From positions 163,184,001-163,248,000 of the forward strand of contig OX597815.1 of assembly GCA_951406725.2 (NCBI GenBank): a stretch of 64,000 bases of DNA, given 5' to 3'. Position 1 is the stretch's first letter. Each line of letters starts with the position of its first letter. A program made the position numbers and the translations under genes. Under the pieces are notes generated by a model. It was not told where the DNA came from. It worked only from the letters and a program-made list of their open reading frames with translations, and did not search any database. Positions 12,599-25,635 of this stretch are shown one piece after another. Origin of the DNA: Octopus vulgaris. Lineage: Eukaryota.

Positions 12599-12988
12599 TC
12601 TATATATATATATATATAAAGCTGAAGTTGTTTGTGTATGGCAGGTTTCGTAGCCTTCAACTAACACTATCTCCTCCTAGATCCTGCGGTGCAAATTGAC
12701 CAAAATTGAGAGTATGATAAAAGAAGGCTTGTTCTTCATTCCGTAGAAGATAAAATTCAAATCAGACCATGTTAAGACCCAAAATTATTTATATCAAAAA
12801 GGTGCTTTTTTTTCTATGAAAATCCCTATTTTTTTACTGCTGTGTCACCATTTTTTGGTTTATTTCAACCAAAAAAAATGTTCACTTAAAGAGAATAACA
12901 AGCTACATAATGCAAAATTTTTACTTTTAAAATATTCCAATTCTAAAGGGTCAAAACAAACCTGAGCAACGCCGGGCGATACTGCTAG
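12599..12988 (+). mobile_element. Non-autonomous Helitron-like element, copy 1
   Basis: A|TC(TA)n start, subterminal hairpin CCTGAGCAACGCCGGG, CTAG|T end, no TSD. Homologous to 53850-54220 and 55671-56049. Confidence 0.85.
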
Positions 12989-13735
12989 TATATATATAAA
13001 ATGCCTGATTATTTGTCAAGAACTGCTGTTGAATCTTCTGTTTAATGCGCATATATTTCTTTCAGATCTACCCAAGTTTTCTACTTCATGGAGTCACAGT
13101 TTGATGATTACTTCTGCCCCTGCACCCCTAATCTATAAGTGCAGTATGCTTCATACCAAGCCTCGACATAAACAAATTCTAGCAAAGAAATCGAAAGTTA
13201 CCCATGGTTTGTATTCAGCTATGCGATCATATAAACGCACAACCACACCACCATAACCACAATTGTCTCCCCCTTACCACCTGAAGAACAGAAATGAAAA
13301 GTACAAATGGAAACTATTCATAATAAGCTGTAACGAAGCTTAAATATTTTTTTCATGATGACCACAACTTTTGTAACTGAAAAGAACGAAAGTAAACAAG
13401 GAAGCAAAATTTAAGGTTGAGCTGGGACATAAATAACTGTGATATTTGCTTGTTATGTCATCTTTGTAGATAACAAAAGAAATATTTCAATAACTTCCTT
13501 TTCAAAGATTTTTGCATTGTTTGTTGTTGAATTGAAAGATGTATGCAATCTCAGAAAAGATATTTCTTTATGAAGTATTGACAAATATATTATTGACAGT
13601 ATGGCCATTTTATTGTTTGACGTTCTGAATCCCAAAGGAAAAACCACAAAAATTTTGTTCGCATTTTTATTATAACTACTCACTCACTTCACCATCTTTC
13701 TCTATCTTCTCTTTTTCAACAACTATGAACTGCTA

Positions 13736-13750
13736 GTTGCCATGAGCAAC
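13736..13750. promoter_or_regulatory. RFX X-box in a candidate bidirectional promoter
   Basis: GTTGCC-ATG-AGCAAC fits GTNRCC(N0-3)RGYAAC. Donors point away on both strands (13687 minus, 13844 plus). Locally CpG-retaining unique DNA. Confidence 0.5.
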
Positions 13751-14143
13751 AACTTCTTTTACACTGGATGTCATATGAAACATAGTACATGAAGTGTAAT
13801 AGAAGTGTTGGAAGATACAAATAATAGTGCCAACTTCACATTGGTAAGCTAACGACTACCAAGTGACCTTTAAGCAAAACCATCCCTTTTTTTTTTTTTT
13901 TTTTGGTTACAGAAATCTGGAAAATTGAAGAATATTTGTCTTCTAACGTCCTTTTTTGAATTGTTTCATATTGACATCCTACTTCTCTTGAATTTATGAT
14001 TTGAATCTAATTAAAATTTATTCTATTCTGTATAAGTATGTAAGAAGTTTTGTAGTTGTTTGTTATTTTTTAGAAATATTTCTACAAAATATAAACTTGT
14101 TGAAAAACTACCCGAAAGGTTTTTTTTTCCTAATTCCTTTTAA

Positions 14144-14370
14144 CCCTTTAGCATTTAATCCAGTCATATCCAGCCCAAATATTCCAACTATTTTATGCTC
14201 AAATCAGCCACATCCAGTCTCTAGCATGATATTCTACTCTATAATGACATTCTAAAAATAAAACAATCACATCATTGAAATCTCATAGCTTTGAGATAAT
14301 GCATGGCTAATTCCAAACAATATGAATAAATAATCATTACATGTGACAGAGTAATCTGAATGCTGAAGGG
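14144..14370 (+). mobile_element. piggyBac-type MITE
   Basis: TTAA|CCCTTTAGCATT ... AATGCTGAAGGG|TTAA. Confidence 0.88.
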
Positions 14371-14616
14371 TTAAAAATCTTACCAGAACATTTTGTTTTT
14401 AACAGCCAACTGCCGACTTTTGCTATTTCAGTATTTTTTTCAGAAGAATTTTATGGTGAAATGAAGATTTCTGATGACATTTTTCTTATTATAAGCTTTC
14501 TATTTTACCCTTTTCTGCCATTTATGATATGGGACTGCTCAATATTTTTGATCAGATAAATGTGAATCATTTTCAGTGTCAAACTAAAGCATAGTTACCA
14601 GTATACTTCCTATATA

Positions 14617-15074
14617 CTGTAAATCCTCGAGTATAATCCACATTTTTTTCCCAAAATTTAAAGGTCAAAATCCCTACTGCATATTATATACGAGATTACA
14701 AATGAAAATTATTTTCTAAGCAATGTCCAAGTTTCTATTTGCTGTCTGGCTATGTTTATTTGTGATGTCATAAAAGGATCATCCATAACTTGCAGTAAGC
14801 AACATTTATCAAACGTTATTACGGTTATTTCTTTATTTTCTGCAAACAAAAGGCTTGAAAAAGCTACATGTTTGCATTATGTTACATATACAATAATAAT
14901 AAAGGATGTTACTGTATACATTTTTACAAACCAAGGACGTTATATAAACCTCCTTGACTCAAGTTAGAGAAGGGGTGCGTATTATACACAAGGTTTAGGT
15001 TTTTCAGAGGTAAAGCCCTCTAAAAATCCCCTACGTATTATATTCAAGGGTGGACTATACTAGAGGATTTACAG
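14617..15074. mobile_element. Tc2/pogo-type MITE with 25-bp TIRs and TA TSD
   Basis: TA|CTGTAAATCCTCGAGTATAATCCAC ... GTGGACTATACTAGAGGATTTACAG|TA (2 mismatches). Confidence 0.9.
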
Positions 15075-15833
15075 TAAGTGATCATATCTTAATGCATTGA
15101 TTGTAATCTTGTAGCAGCTGACATTTACTTTATTGAATGACATACAAAAAAAAATAAAATAAAGGTAGAACAATGCAAAATAACAGAAGGAATTACATCG
15201 GTCAGTTTTGATTTCAGCCATAATAGAAATAACTACACATTTTATTTATATAACTTAGCCAATGAAGAAAAGGCAGCACTTAAGACCTTTCAGGGCCCCA
15301 CAAGACAAATAGTAGGAGGAGCAGGGAAGAAAGTTAGAATTCATGATTCATGTGTTTCTCCCAGCTATTGCTTCGATTCCTCTGAGAAATCCAACCGGAA
15401 AGCAATGATTTTGGATGAGCCTGCGTATAAATGACACATCTGTAAATGGCTTGAACACCAAATATTTCCATTTCTATACACTTCATCTATTTCGCAATAG
15501 TTTCTTAATTTTGTTTGTAAAAATCAAACTGCCCACTTTTACTGTTTCAGAATGAATGTCTTTTTCAGAAGAATTTATGGTCCAATGAAGTTTCTGGTGA
15601 CATCTCTGTCACACATGCTTTCTGTTTGTTCCCTTTCCTGATATGTAAGGTATGGAATTGCTCAACAGTGATAGACAAATATTAATAAAACCCTTGTTAG
15701 TTTAAATAAGCATTAATGGTTCTCCCTTTTCCCTGGATGTAGTGGGAGATTCACAAGGAGCTGCATCACTATTATGGTTTCAAATATTTCTCTTGCAAAT
15801 ATTTCTTTCATAGGAATACCAGACATCATCATC

Positions 15834-15885
<52 letters not shown>

Positions 15886-15939
15886 TAATAATAATAATGA
15901 TAATGATAATAATAATGATGATGATGATGATGATGATAA

Positions 15940-16062
15940 TTGCAAAAAGCAGCCTTATTGGGCACAGTACACATCTTAAGGAAAGTATTATCTATTTGAG
16001 GTCCTTGTTGTGACTTGACTAAAGACTCCAGTACATTTTTACCTACACTGTGTTATAAAGGA
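15940..16062 (+). mobile_element. Extreme 3' end of an R4/Dong-like element in a (TAA)n tract
   Basis: QKAALLGTVHILRKVLSI*, short 3'UTR, then AATAATAAT. Preceded by the (TAA)n/(TGA)n tract 15825-15940. Confidence 0.75.
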
Positions 16063-16073
16063 ATAATAATAAT

Positions 16074-17420
16074 ATGTGTTGAATTGGAATATGAGTGAAG
16101 TAAGGAGGATTGACAGGAAAATCCATAAGCTACTGACTTGCAATAAGATGCACCACCCAAAGGCAGATGCAGATTGTCTTTACCTACACAGAGCTCAAGG
16201 AGGTCGAGACTTGATCCAATTTGAAATCCCTTACAAAACCACCACAATTGGACTGGCAAAATATCTTGAAATATCAAACAACTGGATGCTAAAGCTCATT
16301 GAAAACCATGAAAGACATAAGAAGCTTCATTCTGTTACAAAGGAAAGCAAAAAAATTTTCAAGTGTGTTTATGCATAATACCCAGGTTGAACAGCATGGT
16401 GGATGTGCGGCAACTGTAGTTGCATAGATGAAATCAATAGCAAAGCAAAATGCATTTGAACAATTGGCTGAAAGGTGGAAACAAAATCATCTGCATGGCA
16501 ATTATGTGGCCTGTAGCAAACAAGCTGATGTAAACCACAAGCACACCCATCAGTGGCTACAGAGCTCATGGCTAAAGACAGAGAGTGAAGGATTTATCCT
16601 GGTTGCTCAAGATAAGAGCTTATTGACTTGGGACTATCAAGCCAATGTGATGAAAAATGGTGTAAATCCAAAGTGCTGATACTGCAACAATGGGATTGAA
16701 ACAGTGGACCACCTAATCTCTGGATGTAAGGTTTTAGCACTTGTAGAGTACAAATCAAGACATGACAGAGTTGGCCAATATCTACATTGGATATTGTGTC
16801 GGCACTATAAAATCAAAACTGATGACAAATGGTACAAGCACCACCCTGAGGCTGTAACTGAGGGAGAAAATGTAACAGTTCATAGGTACTTTACAGTATG
16901 TACAGACTGGACAATCAAAGTAAATAGACCAGATATTGTTGTGAAAGACCAAAACAATAAAGTCCTTTTTTTTTTTTGAATGACATGAGCATACCCTTTA
17001 ACCATAATATCTCGGCAAAAGGATTTTATAAGCTCAGAAAATATTAAGATTTGCTAATTGAAATTGAAAAGATGTGGCATCTTAAGACAGTTACAATATC
17101 AGTGATTGTAGGAGCACTTGGAATGATCAAAAAAGGAACTGAAAATTATTTAAGAATGATCCAAGAAGTGCAAAAGATTGTCTTAACTGGTATGTCACAC
17201 ATATTGTCACTGTGAATTTTCTTTCCGTTTTTCCCCCTTTATTTTGTTTGTTTACCGTTTTATTTTTTACTTTGTCTTACTTCCCCTTTTTCTCTATCAC
17301 ATGACTTTGTAATTGAACAATCTGGTGTGTTTATCTTAATGGCCTACCAATGTATACAGTGTGTTTCTCTGCCCTAGATGTCAGGAAGATACTTCGCAAG
17401 AAATGGAAACAGAATTGATT
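16074..17420 (+). mobile_element. 5'-truncated, decayed R4/Dong-like retrotransposon (RT C-terminus, CCHC, RLE)
   Basis: HHPKADADCLYLHRAQGGR, LHGNY, KC*YC..ETVDHLISGC, RHDRV, NRPDIVV, IVGALG; frameshifts; ends in (AAT)n. Confidence 0.9.
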
Positions 17421-17459
17421 AATAATGAAAATAATAATAACAACAACAACAACAACAAT

Positions 17460-17660
17460 ATGTTACAGAAATCAGAACTAACATGCGAGCAGGGCAAGCC
17501 CCCAAAACTCCTCTACTAGGGACATCTAGTCATGATAATTAACAGTCACTTATCAAAGATTATAATGTGCAGGAACATACCCCATGAGAGCTCTGACAAC
17601 AGGCTGCTCTCATAGAATCAACCAGAGCAAATAAGACCAAGCACTCTGAGAAGTAAAACA
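17460..17660 (+). mobile_element. Possible further RLE-LINE 3' end between (AAC/AAT)n tracts
   Basis: Weak KTPLLGTS motif, bracketed by (TAA)n like its neighbours. Confidence 0.35.
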
Positions 17661-17672
17661 ATAATAATAATG

Positions 17673-17711
<39 letters not shown>

Positions 17712-18479
17712 GTAAATAATAATAATAATAATAGTAAATAATAATAATAATAATTTATTTAAAAGGTAAATACATGTTGGATAATACACAATATCTGAAT
17801 AAAAGATAGGACAGTCACATTATAGGTGGAATACTTTTGATCACAGGCCTGCTAAAGTCAGAAATTTGTGGGGAGTAGTTTATCAATTATTTTGACTCCA
17901 ATATTTGGCAAGTTCTTTAACTTTTTGATCCTCAGAATGGTAAAAGACTAAGTTGTCTTTGGTGGGATTTGAACTCAGAACAAATACATCAAGGGTTTTT
18001 TTCTGACACTTTGATTCTGCCAAACCATTGCCAATGATGATTTCAAAACAAGAGTACTTAAAAAAAAAAAGCTTCTCTCAGTTGTTTTTAACTCCCTACT
18101 CCCAAACTCAGTTCTACTGAATGAGGAGGCCTATGGAAATAGGTGGGAACTTGTTAATTTTTTTCCCAACCGCTTTAAGTTTTACAAATTTTCACAATTG
18201 CATTTCTTTTTTTCTTTTAACCAATTATTTCTTTACCGCCAAAATGTAATATTGTCATCAGAAAGGAAAACAAAAATCCATTTAATATTGATCTATTGTG
18301 TCCTGTAAATGTCTTGAGGGTTGAGAGTTTGATAAATGATCACATCCATGGAAATTTAATTATTAATAACAATTAACAAGAAGAAACCCATTAGGCCTGC
18401 CTTGAGCAAGGAAATAAATGGTGCTGTGACACAATGCCTCATCTGTTTTTGCGCTTTTTGACATTACATTGTAGCTTAA

Positions 18480-18682
18480 CCCTTTTGACACCAACCCAGC
18501 CTGTAGTACAAATGTCTTGTTTTCATAAGTATTAAATTAAAATCTTCCACTAAACCTTAGTCACAATCTGTTTCCAACACTAGCTTAATGATAACTAAGT
18601 TCTTTTACTAAATTCTTTGTTATATTTAAAATTAATTGAATGAAACACAGAGCATCTCAAAATAAATACTGTAATGAAAGGG
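18480..18682 (+). mobile_element. piggyBac-type MITE (second family)
   Basis: TTAA|CCCTTTTGACACC ... GTAATGAAAGGG|TTAA. Relative at 33224-33502. Confidence 0.8.
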
Positions 18683-18756
18683 TTAAGGAAAATTTGGCTT
18701 CTATTTCTAGCAGGTCGGGACCCCTCATAAAGGTTTTGGGTGTGCTGATCTCCATA

Positions 18757-19450
18757 ATAATGGAGGCTTTCAATCGGCTAAAGTTACGTAACTTCACATC
18801 CTTGTAACTTCTTTATTATTAATTATTAGAAAAATAGAAATGAATGCAATTTTTATCATCAATAGGCAAAACTATGTATCTTTCCTGTTTGGCTGCAACT
18901 TTTCAATTTCTTCAAATTTTGTTCCAATTGATTTCATATTTGGTGTATTGGTGTAGTTTTATATGGTAATCATTGACATGAAATTCATTTTTTGCCATAA
19001 ATCAATAAAACTTTTAAAGTCATATAGGTGCCTGTTTCCATAGTAACAAGCCAAGCTGTTACCCACGTGGTCATTTTTCACTTATTAAATGCTTAAAACA
19101 TATGAAGTGTGAGGTGGTTGTGAAATGTGCTAAAAACAATATCTGAATAGGCCTTAAATAATGCACCAAAATTATTTTTCTTTTTGCATAATCATATGAA
19201 TTCCCATTTGTAGAATACAAATTCACAAAAATTTTCTGAAAATTTCTAAAAATAAAAAATTACAAGAGGCCATGCATAAAGCAGAATTCCGCCAATATTT
19301 CATTTGTTTACAGTTGACAACACGTGCAATCACACACAAAATGGCTGCTTCCAAATCCTGTTTTCTGGATGGGTAAAAATGATCAAATTTTAAACCTCTG
19401 TAACTTTTTTCTATGTGTTGGAACATAATTTATTTGTTATATTAATAGGA
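18757..19450. repeat. Unclassified interspersed repeat (DNA-transposon-like)
   Basis: Start AATGGAGGCTTTCAATCGGCTAAAGTTACGTAACTT matches 47752-47835. 3' boundary uncertain. Confidence 0.5.
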
Positions 19451-20727
19451 AACATGCAATACAATTAATGGAAACAATAAGATGAAACAACTGTAGTGGG
19501 AAAGGTGTAGCAAATGATGTTAAGGTAGCAAATGAAATAGCATGTGAAAGACATCAAAGTAAAACAATGGGAAAGCATTGGATTGTGGTTTAAATAATTT
19601 ATTTAAATGACACTTGCATTTACTTGTTGTATGCATCAAAAAATTCACTACATGACATTATCAACTTGTTGGTGTAGAAGAAAATAACAGGGAAAATACT
19701 GTGTTGATATGATGAGGTAGAACCGGGCATGTTTTGTGTCTGTGTGTGCGTTGGTCATTCAGTGGTGTCTGTTTATGTTCTGTGAATGTTATTGTGTTGG
19801 ATTGTTCATACTGAATATGTGGTTCTCTATTGGCTGCTTAACTGGTGCAAGGCTGTCTCTTGCCGGTTCACCTGGTAATGGGTCTCTATCATATGTCTGA
19901 CTGTATTTATAATGGTCATGACAGCTAGAAAGACAGACATACCACAGGAGTAATTCCTACCTACGTAGGTCACCTCCTGTCCACTTGGACTTCAAATGAC
20001 ACGGTTCAGGTCGTAGGTTGATGGGAAAAACCATCCATCACTTTTGACAGGACAAAGAAATTTCTTTCATGCTTGTTTGGCCAGTAGTAGATGAGCAAGA
20101 ATCCTTATATTCGGTTTTGAATCTCAGCTTGAGAAAAGGGAGTGTTAGTTTTTACATAATGTAATACAATACACAGAAAAAGAATCTGCTAGCAACTCAA
20201 CACGGAGGTAGTTTTTTTTAATGTATATATCAAGTAAATATATATACATTTGATCGTCTTTGATTGAATATGCAGCCATGAGAACAGCTTATTAGGAGAA
20301 TGTGACACAACTCAATCCAAAATTTTGGTGCTCAATTTGGCTATACTTATAGGCCTTGCTCATGGAAAGAACCACATGAACCACTATCACATGAACTAAC
20401 AGTCATTTATTGGATAAAATCTTGGTTTGTGCACATGATCAAATTATGACTGAACTGTGGTTTGAGATCCATGTCACAAAACGCGGGATTGAACCCAATG
20501 TTGGAAGAAATTTTACAAGATGCATTAAATCTTTTTATAAATAAGCCCTCTAGCCATGACTACGCCATTTTTGTAAGGGATGTGTTGAACTACTTTGTCT
20601 AATGTATCCTTTCTTCTAATTAAGTCAGTAACCTGTGGTATTTAACTGCTTTTTCTAGCAGGTCATATAATCATGGAAGGGGATCTCTTGTTTAGCACTT
20701 GGTGTTTGTTTCATGGAGAAGATAGGC

Positions 20728-20873
20728 GATAAGGATCATCAATAAATCTTACTATGTTAAGAGTACATTACCACAGAAAAAAAAAAATGGTTATGGTTAT
20801 GGATAAGGATCATGAACAAATCATACTATGTTAAGAGTACCTTACCAAAAAAAAAAAAATGGTTGTGGTTATG
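20728..20873. repeat. Local tandem duplication, ~74-bp unit x2
   Basis: GATAAGGATCAT..TACTATGTTAAGAGTAC..(A)n TGGTT.TGGTTATG occurs twice. Confidence 0.85.
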
Positions 20874-21940
20874 GCACTCCAGTGTAGATTTTTGTAAAGA
20901 AGCTCATTGTAGCAGAGCAAAAACAAATCAAAAACGGTTTGCAATGAAATTGTATATTCAATGATGCATGACGATGTTGAAAAGCTTTTTATGCTATCAA
21001 CCATATAATCCTGTTACACAACTTGTCTAATCGACTGGAAATACATGAATTACACCCGAGATGATTTGTAAATGTACACCTGTAGTTGAAATCTGCTCAA
21101 TGGGGAAATAATAGCACAAGAGAAGAGGAGGTAGCTGCTAGTGAGAACGAAAGCTTGTGCAGTGCCTATAACTCCCAATCTGATAAATAAGTGTAAACAA
21201 TAAAAAAAAAAAAACTGAGAATGTAAAAGAGGGTTTCTATATTTTGGTAATAACATCGCTTCTTTTAAAATATATATAATTGCCATTTGCAACGATGATT
21301 TTTACCTCTGTTGTCATTGGAAATCATTAAAAATGTCTTTATCATGCCACAGGCTAAGGGGAGTAACTCAAATGGTAAACAATTGAGCAGACATTTTTTT
21401 GAACATTTCATAGGGGAAAAAAAAACATCTTTTAATATATTTAGCTTCTTAATTTCTTTTCTTTTTCTTTCTCTTCTTGTCTGTCAACCTCTGTTCTATT
21501 TCTGGATTGGCTGTCAGTTTTAGATATTGTTCGGTTTTTTTCTCCCTTTCTCTTCTTTATGTCTAGTTTTCTATTCTTCTAGTTTTCCCCATCCTTGATT
21601 GAAACTTGAATAAGAGATGATTTGTGTATGTACATACAACAGTCTGGAATGAATCTTGTGACCTTTTAGATAACATTCAGGTTAAATATTCTGATCATTC
21701 GAAGAATACTGAGAAGATTGCATTGTTTCTATCTCATCTTTTCTTCGATTAAAACTTTAAATTATCGACTGCAGAAAAATGGCAATATTTGGGAAGTTAT
21801 TTATTGCTAGCGAGTTGACAGAATCATTATTTTGTGGAGAATTAAATGTATTCTAGTATTTAGTTCATTTTTAGATTCCGAGTTCAAATCCTGCTGAGAT
21901 CAACGTTTTTTCATCCCTTTGAAAACCCTGAATGTCCAGT

Positions 21941-22585
21941 CATCATCATCATCATCATTTAACGTCTGTTTTCCATGCTAGCATGGGTTGGACAGTTCGA
22001 CCGGGGTCTAGGAAGCCAGGAGGCTGCACCAGGCTCCAGTTTGATCTGGCAGTGCTTCTACAGCTGGATACCCTCCCTAACGCCAACCACTCCGTGAGTG
22101 TAGTGGGTGCTTTTTACATGTCACCGGCACAGGTGCCAGGGTAGGCTGGCAACAGCCACGATTGGTTGGTGCTCTTTTTACGTGCCACCGGCACGGAAGC
22201 CAGTCAAGGCGGCGCTGGCATCAGCCATGTTTGGATAGTGCTTTTTATGTGCCACCAGCACAGAAGCCAGTCAAGACGGCGCTAGCATTGACCACGTTTG
22301 GATGGTGCTTTTTACGTGCCACCGGCACAGGTATCCGACTACAATTTCCATTTGATGTTGATGTACTTGACTCAATAGGTCTCTTCAAGCACAGCAGGTC
22401 ACCCTACGATCCAAGGTAAGCACAGCAGGGCATTCTGCAGTCCAAGGTACTTTGGATGGGCTGGGGCTTCTATGTGAAGCTGGTGCAGGAAACAGCCATG
22501 AACTCGCGTTATTTGTCGGGTCTTCGCAGTCACAGCATATCTCCAGAGATCTCGGTCTTTCGTCATTGCCTCTGTGAGGCCCATA
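21941..22585 (-). mobile_element. 5'-truncated RTE-like LINE
   Basis: Peptide MGLTEAMTKDRDLWRYAVTAKTRQ, then 3'UTR with four tandem units and a (GAT)n tail. Confidence 0.88.
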
Positions 22586-22947
22586 CATAATAAATCTTTA
22601 ACAGGTTGGTTATTATGTTTCTGGACCTAGTATAATTACAATTTCTTGGTTCCAATTAGTGGTATATAAAACAGTGGAATGAAATACAAGAAAATGAGTT
22701 GCAATTAACTGCCACATTTTATTCAACTGCTAAGTGAACTAGTACAGCAATTGGTTGATTACATCATGATGATAACTGTATAAAGAAAAATATACAAAGT
22801 CAGCTTCTCAACTCAGTTAAAATTTGGTGACATGTGCTTCAACAACAGAAGTAGCATGTTAAAGCTACCTGCAGAATAACTCTCCTGTCTCTCTCAAGCT
22901 TCCCACATCACTGGCGGAAACATGAAAGACTCTCTTATCTAGAGATG

Positions 22948-23249
22948 GACAAGTGTCTTCTGCTATAGCCTCAGGCCGACCAAAGCCTTGTGAGTGGATT
23001 TGGTAGACAGAAATTGAAAGAAGCCCGTCGTATATATGTATATGTTTGTGTGTCTGTGTTTGTCCCCCGAACATCATTTGTCAACTGATGGTGGTGTGTT
23101 TACGTCCCCGTAACCTAGGGGTTCAGCAAAAGAACCAATAGAATAAGTACTAGGTTTCCAAAGAATAAGTCCTGGGGTCGATTTGCTCGACCAAAGGTGG
23201 TGCTCCAGCATGGCCACAGTCAAATGACTGAAGCAAATAAAAGAATAAG
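22948..23249 (+). mobile_element. SINE family A, head truncated
   Basis: Matches 25636-26046. Confidence 0.85.
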
Positions 23250-24512
23250 GTTTCAGAGAGTGAGAATATTTTGCCGCACTTGGTTAGTTTGTCATGTGAT
23301 TTGATTGGACACTTAACATATCCAGTCTCAACAGTGGACTCAGTCAGTGTATTAGACCATCACATCACCAATCATAGAAAACCTGTGTATGAACCATTTT
23401 CAGACTATTTAAGCCTAATTGGGCGATCTATGAACATATACACTTGCTACAAATCTATAAATAAAATATTTAATCCATAATCATTTGTCTGACAGTACAT
23501 TTTCTGTTTTGCCTATGACTCATGGACAAAATTCTTTTTTGTACTTGTTTCCCACTGGAATAATTCTATAAATAGATATTTTCCAACAGGTGCTTTGTTC
23601 TGATTCAAAGAAGTCAAAACATTACATCATCTTTTCTATATCAGTATGGGTTAGATAGGTTTCCAAAGTCATACAATTTCATGAAATCATAGAATAAGCA
23701 TTTTTTTAACAATAGACGGTTACAAAATTGCTCAAGAGCAAAGGGAACTTCTTTTCTTCTTTTTTTTTTCCTTTATAATGATTTTGCATATAATCATAGC
23801 TCTATATACTCTGAATTCAACTCCTTTTAGAGTCACCTTTACTTTATATTCCTCACAGGTAGGTAAAATACATATGTAGTAGGTCTATATGTTGATTCAA
23901 ACATAGGATGTGTTACTTTCAGTCAGGAATTTGTTTATAAACAGAGGCACAGGCATAGTTGTGTGGTAAGAAGCTTGCTTTCCAACCACATGGTTCTAGG
24001 TTCAGTCCCACTGCATGGTACCTTGGGCAAGTGTCTTCTACTATAACATTGGGCCAACCATATCCTTGTGAGTGGATCTAGTAGATGGAAACTGAAAGAA
24101 GCTTGTTGTATACATGTATATATATATATATGTATGTATCTTATATAGAATCCGTTCTGTGTGTGTGTGGCCTCTAGAATCTCGGACATCCTCCATCTGA
24201 TTGCGCTCAAATTTGATATGTAGATACCAACGGTATCAGGGTGATAAAGTCTTGAAAAAATTACAAAAATCGATTCCAGGTGAGAATGCGATCGATAAAG
24301 TGAATAAAATCGTTTTTCTTTGGAATAAAAAAAAAGTCTATCTTTATTTCTCCTTTTGTTGGTGTCTCAAATTTAGGTTAAATCAGTGTTTCTCAAAGAG
24401 GAGGCCTATGGGACAGTCAGACAAGTTGTTTTGAGAAAATTTGGTTTAATTGTTTGCCAACTCAGCACTGTCCATTGGACAGGGGGACGTTTTGCTCATA
24501 TATATATATATA

Positions 24513-24825
24513 TTTTTTTTTTTTATGCACCCTTTTCAAGCCTAGCCAGACTCATGGCCCAGTTTCCTGGTTTCTGTGTCATATGTGTTTCCCCTAACTG
24601 GACGGGATGCCAGTCCATCGCAGTATTACTCAAGTAACAGAAAGAAAGTGTGAGAGAAAGTTGGGGCGAAAGAGTTCAACAGGAGTCGCCCCCCCCCCTG
24701 CTGGAGCCTCGTAGAGCTTTTGGTGTTTTCGCTCAATAAACACACACAACGACCGGTCTGGGAATCGAAACTGCGATCCTCCGACCACAAGTCCGCTGCC
24801 CTAACCACTGGGCCATTGCGCCTCC
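24513..24825 (-). mobile_element. tRNA-headed SINE family E (V-domain-like), poly(A) tail, inserted in (TA)n
   Basis: Head GGAGGCGCAATGGCCCAGTGGTTAGGGC..GTTTCGATTCCC. Internal CTGCGATGGACTGGCATCCCGTCCAG resembles the V-SINE domain (from memory). CATATATATATATA on both flanks. Confidence 0.8.
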
Positions 24826-24844
24826 ACATATATATATATATAAG

Positions 24845-25148
24845 CACCACTCGAGCATTGGGCCCCATGAGGCTGTGACAGGTGACCAAGACCTTTGGTA
24901 CTGTGTTTGTGTAGACTTGTCAAGCCAAGTCAGTGTCAGGTCAATGGCACCCATGCTGGTGGCAAGTAAGAAGCACCCACTACACTCACTCTCGGAGTGG
25001 TTGGTGTTAGGAAGGGCATCCAGCTGCAGAAACCTTGCCAAATCAGAGCAGGACCTGGTGCAGCTCCCTGGCTTATCAGTTTTCAATCAAACCGTCCATC
25101 CCATGCCAGCATGAAAAGCAGATGTTAAATGATGATGATGATGTTGAT
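24845..25148 (+). mobile_element. RTE-like LINE 3'UTR variant with (GAT)n tail
   Basis: Shared terminal block AGGAAGGGCATCCAGCTG..CCCATGCCAGCATG..(GAT)n. Confidence 0.75.
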
Positions 25149-25289
25149 ATATATATGAGAAAAAGAAGAAAATAGAGAAATTGACAAATAGGCATCAGTT
25201 TATTCAAAGATATTCAAATCAATATAATATGAAATTCTTATCCCTACAGCAAACATCCTTTAAAAGATCATAGGTCCTTGGCATAATTA

Positions 25290-25324
<35 letters not shown>

Positions 25325-25635
25325 ATGAGAATGTGTGTCTGTCTGTGTGAATCCCTAAAAAATTGAGAACTACACAACCAATTTCATTCAAATTTTACAC
25401 ATGCCTTACTAAGGGTCCATGTAGTGTCATAAGCCAAAAAAGTTTTAAACTTCTTGCCTAGTGCGAGCCCACAGCAGTATCATATCTTCTCCACTATTTC
25501 AGTATTAAAAGTATTCAGTATTCAGTGTCAAAAGTGAAACAATAACATCTCTCTATTGTAATGTCAGATATTTTCACTTTAATAGTTTCAGATTATTACT
25601 GAAACTATTAAAGTAAAACTATTATCTCACATAAT

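Noticed and set aside
19034-19047. Second X-box-like motif GTTTCCATAGTAAC
   Set aside because: It lies inside an interspersed repeat with no adjacent exon signals.
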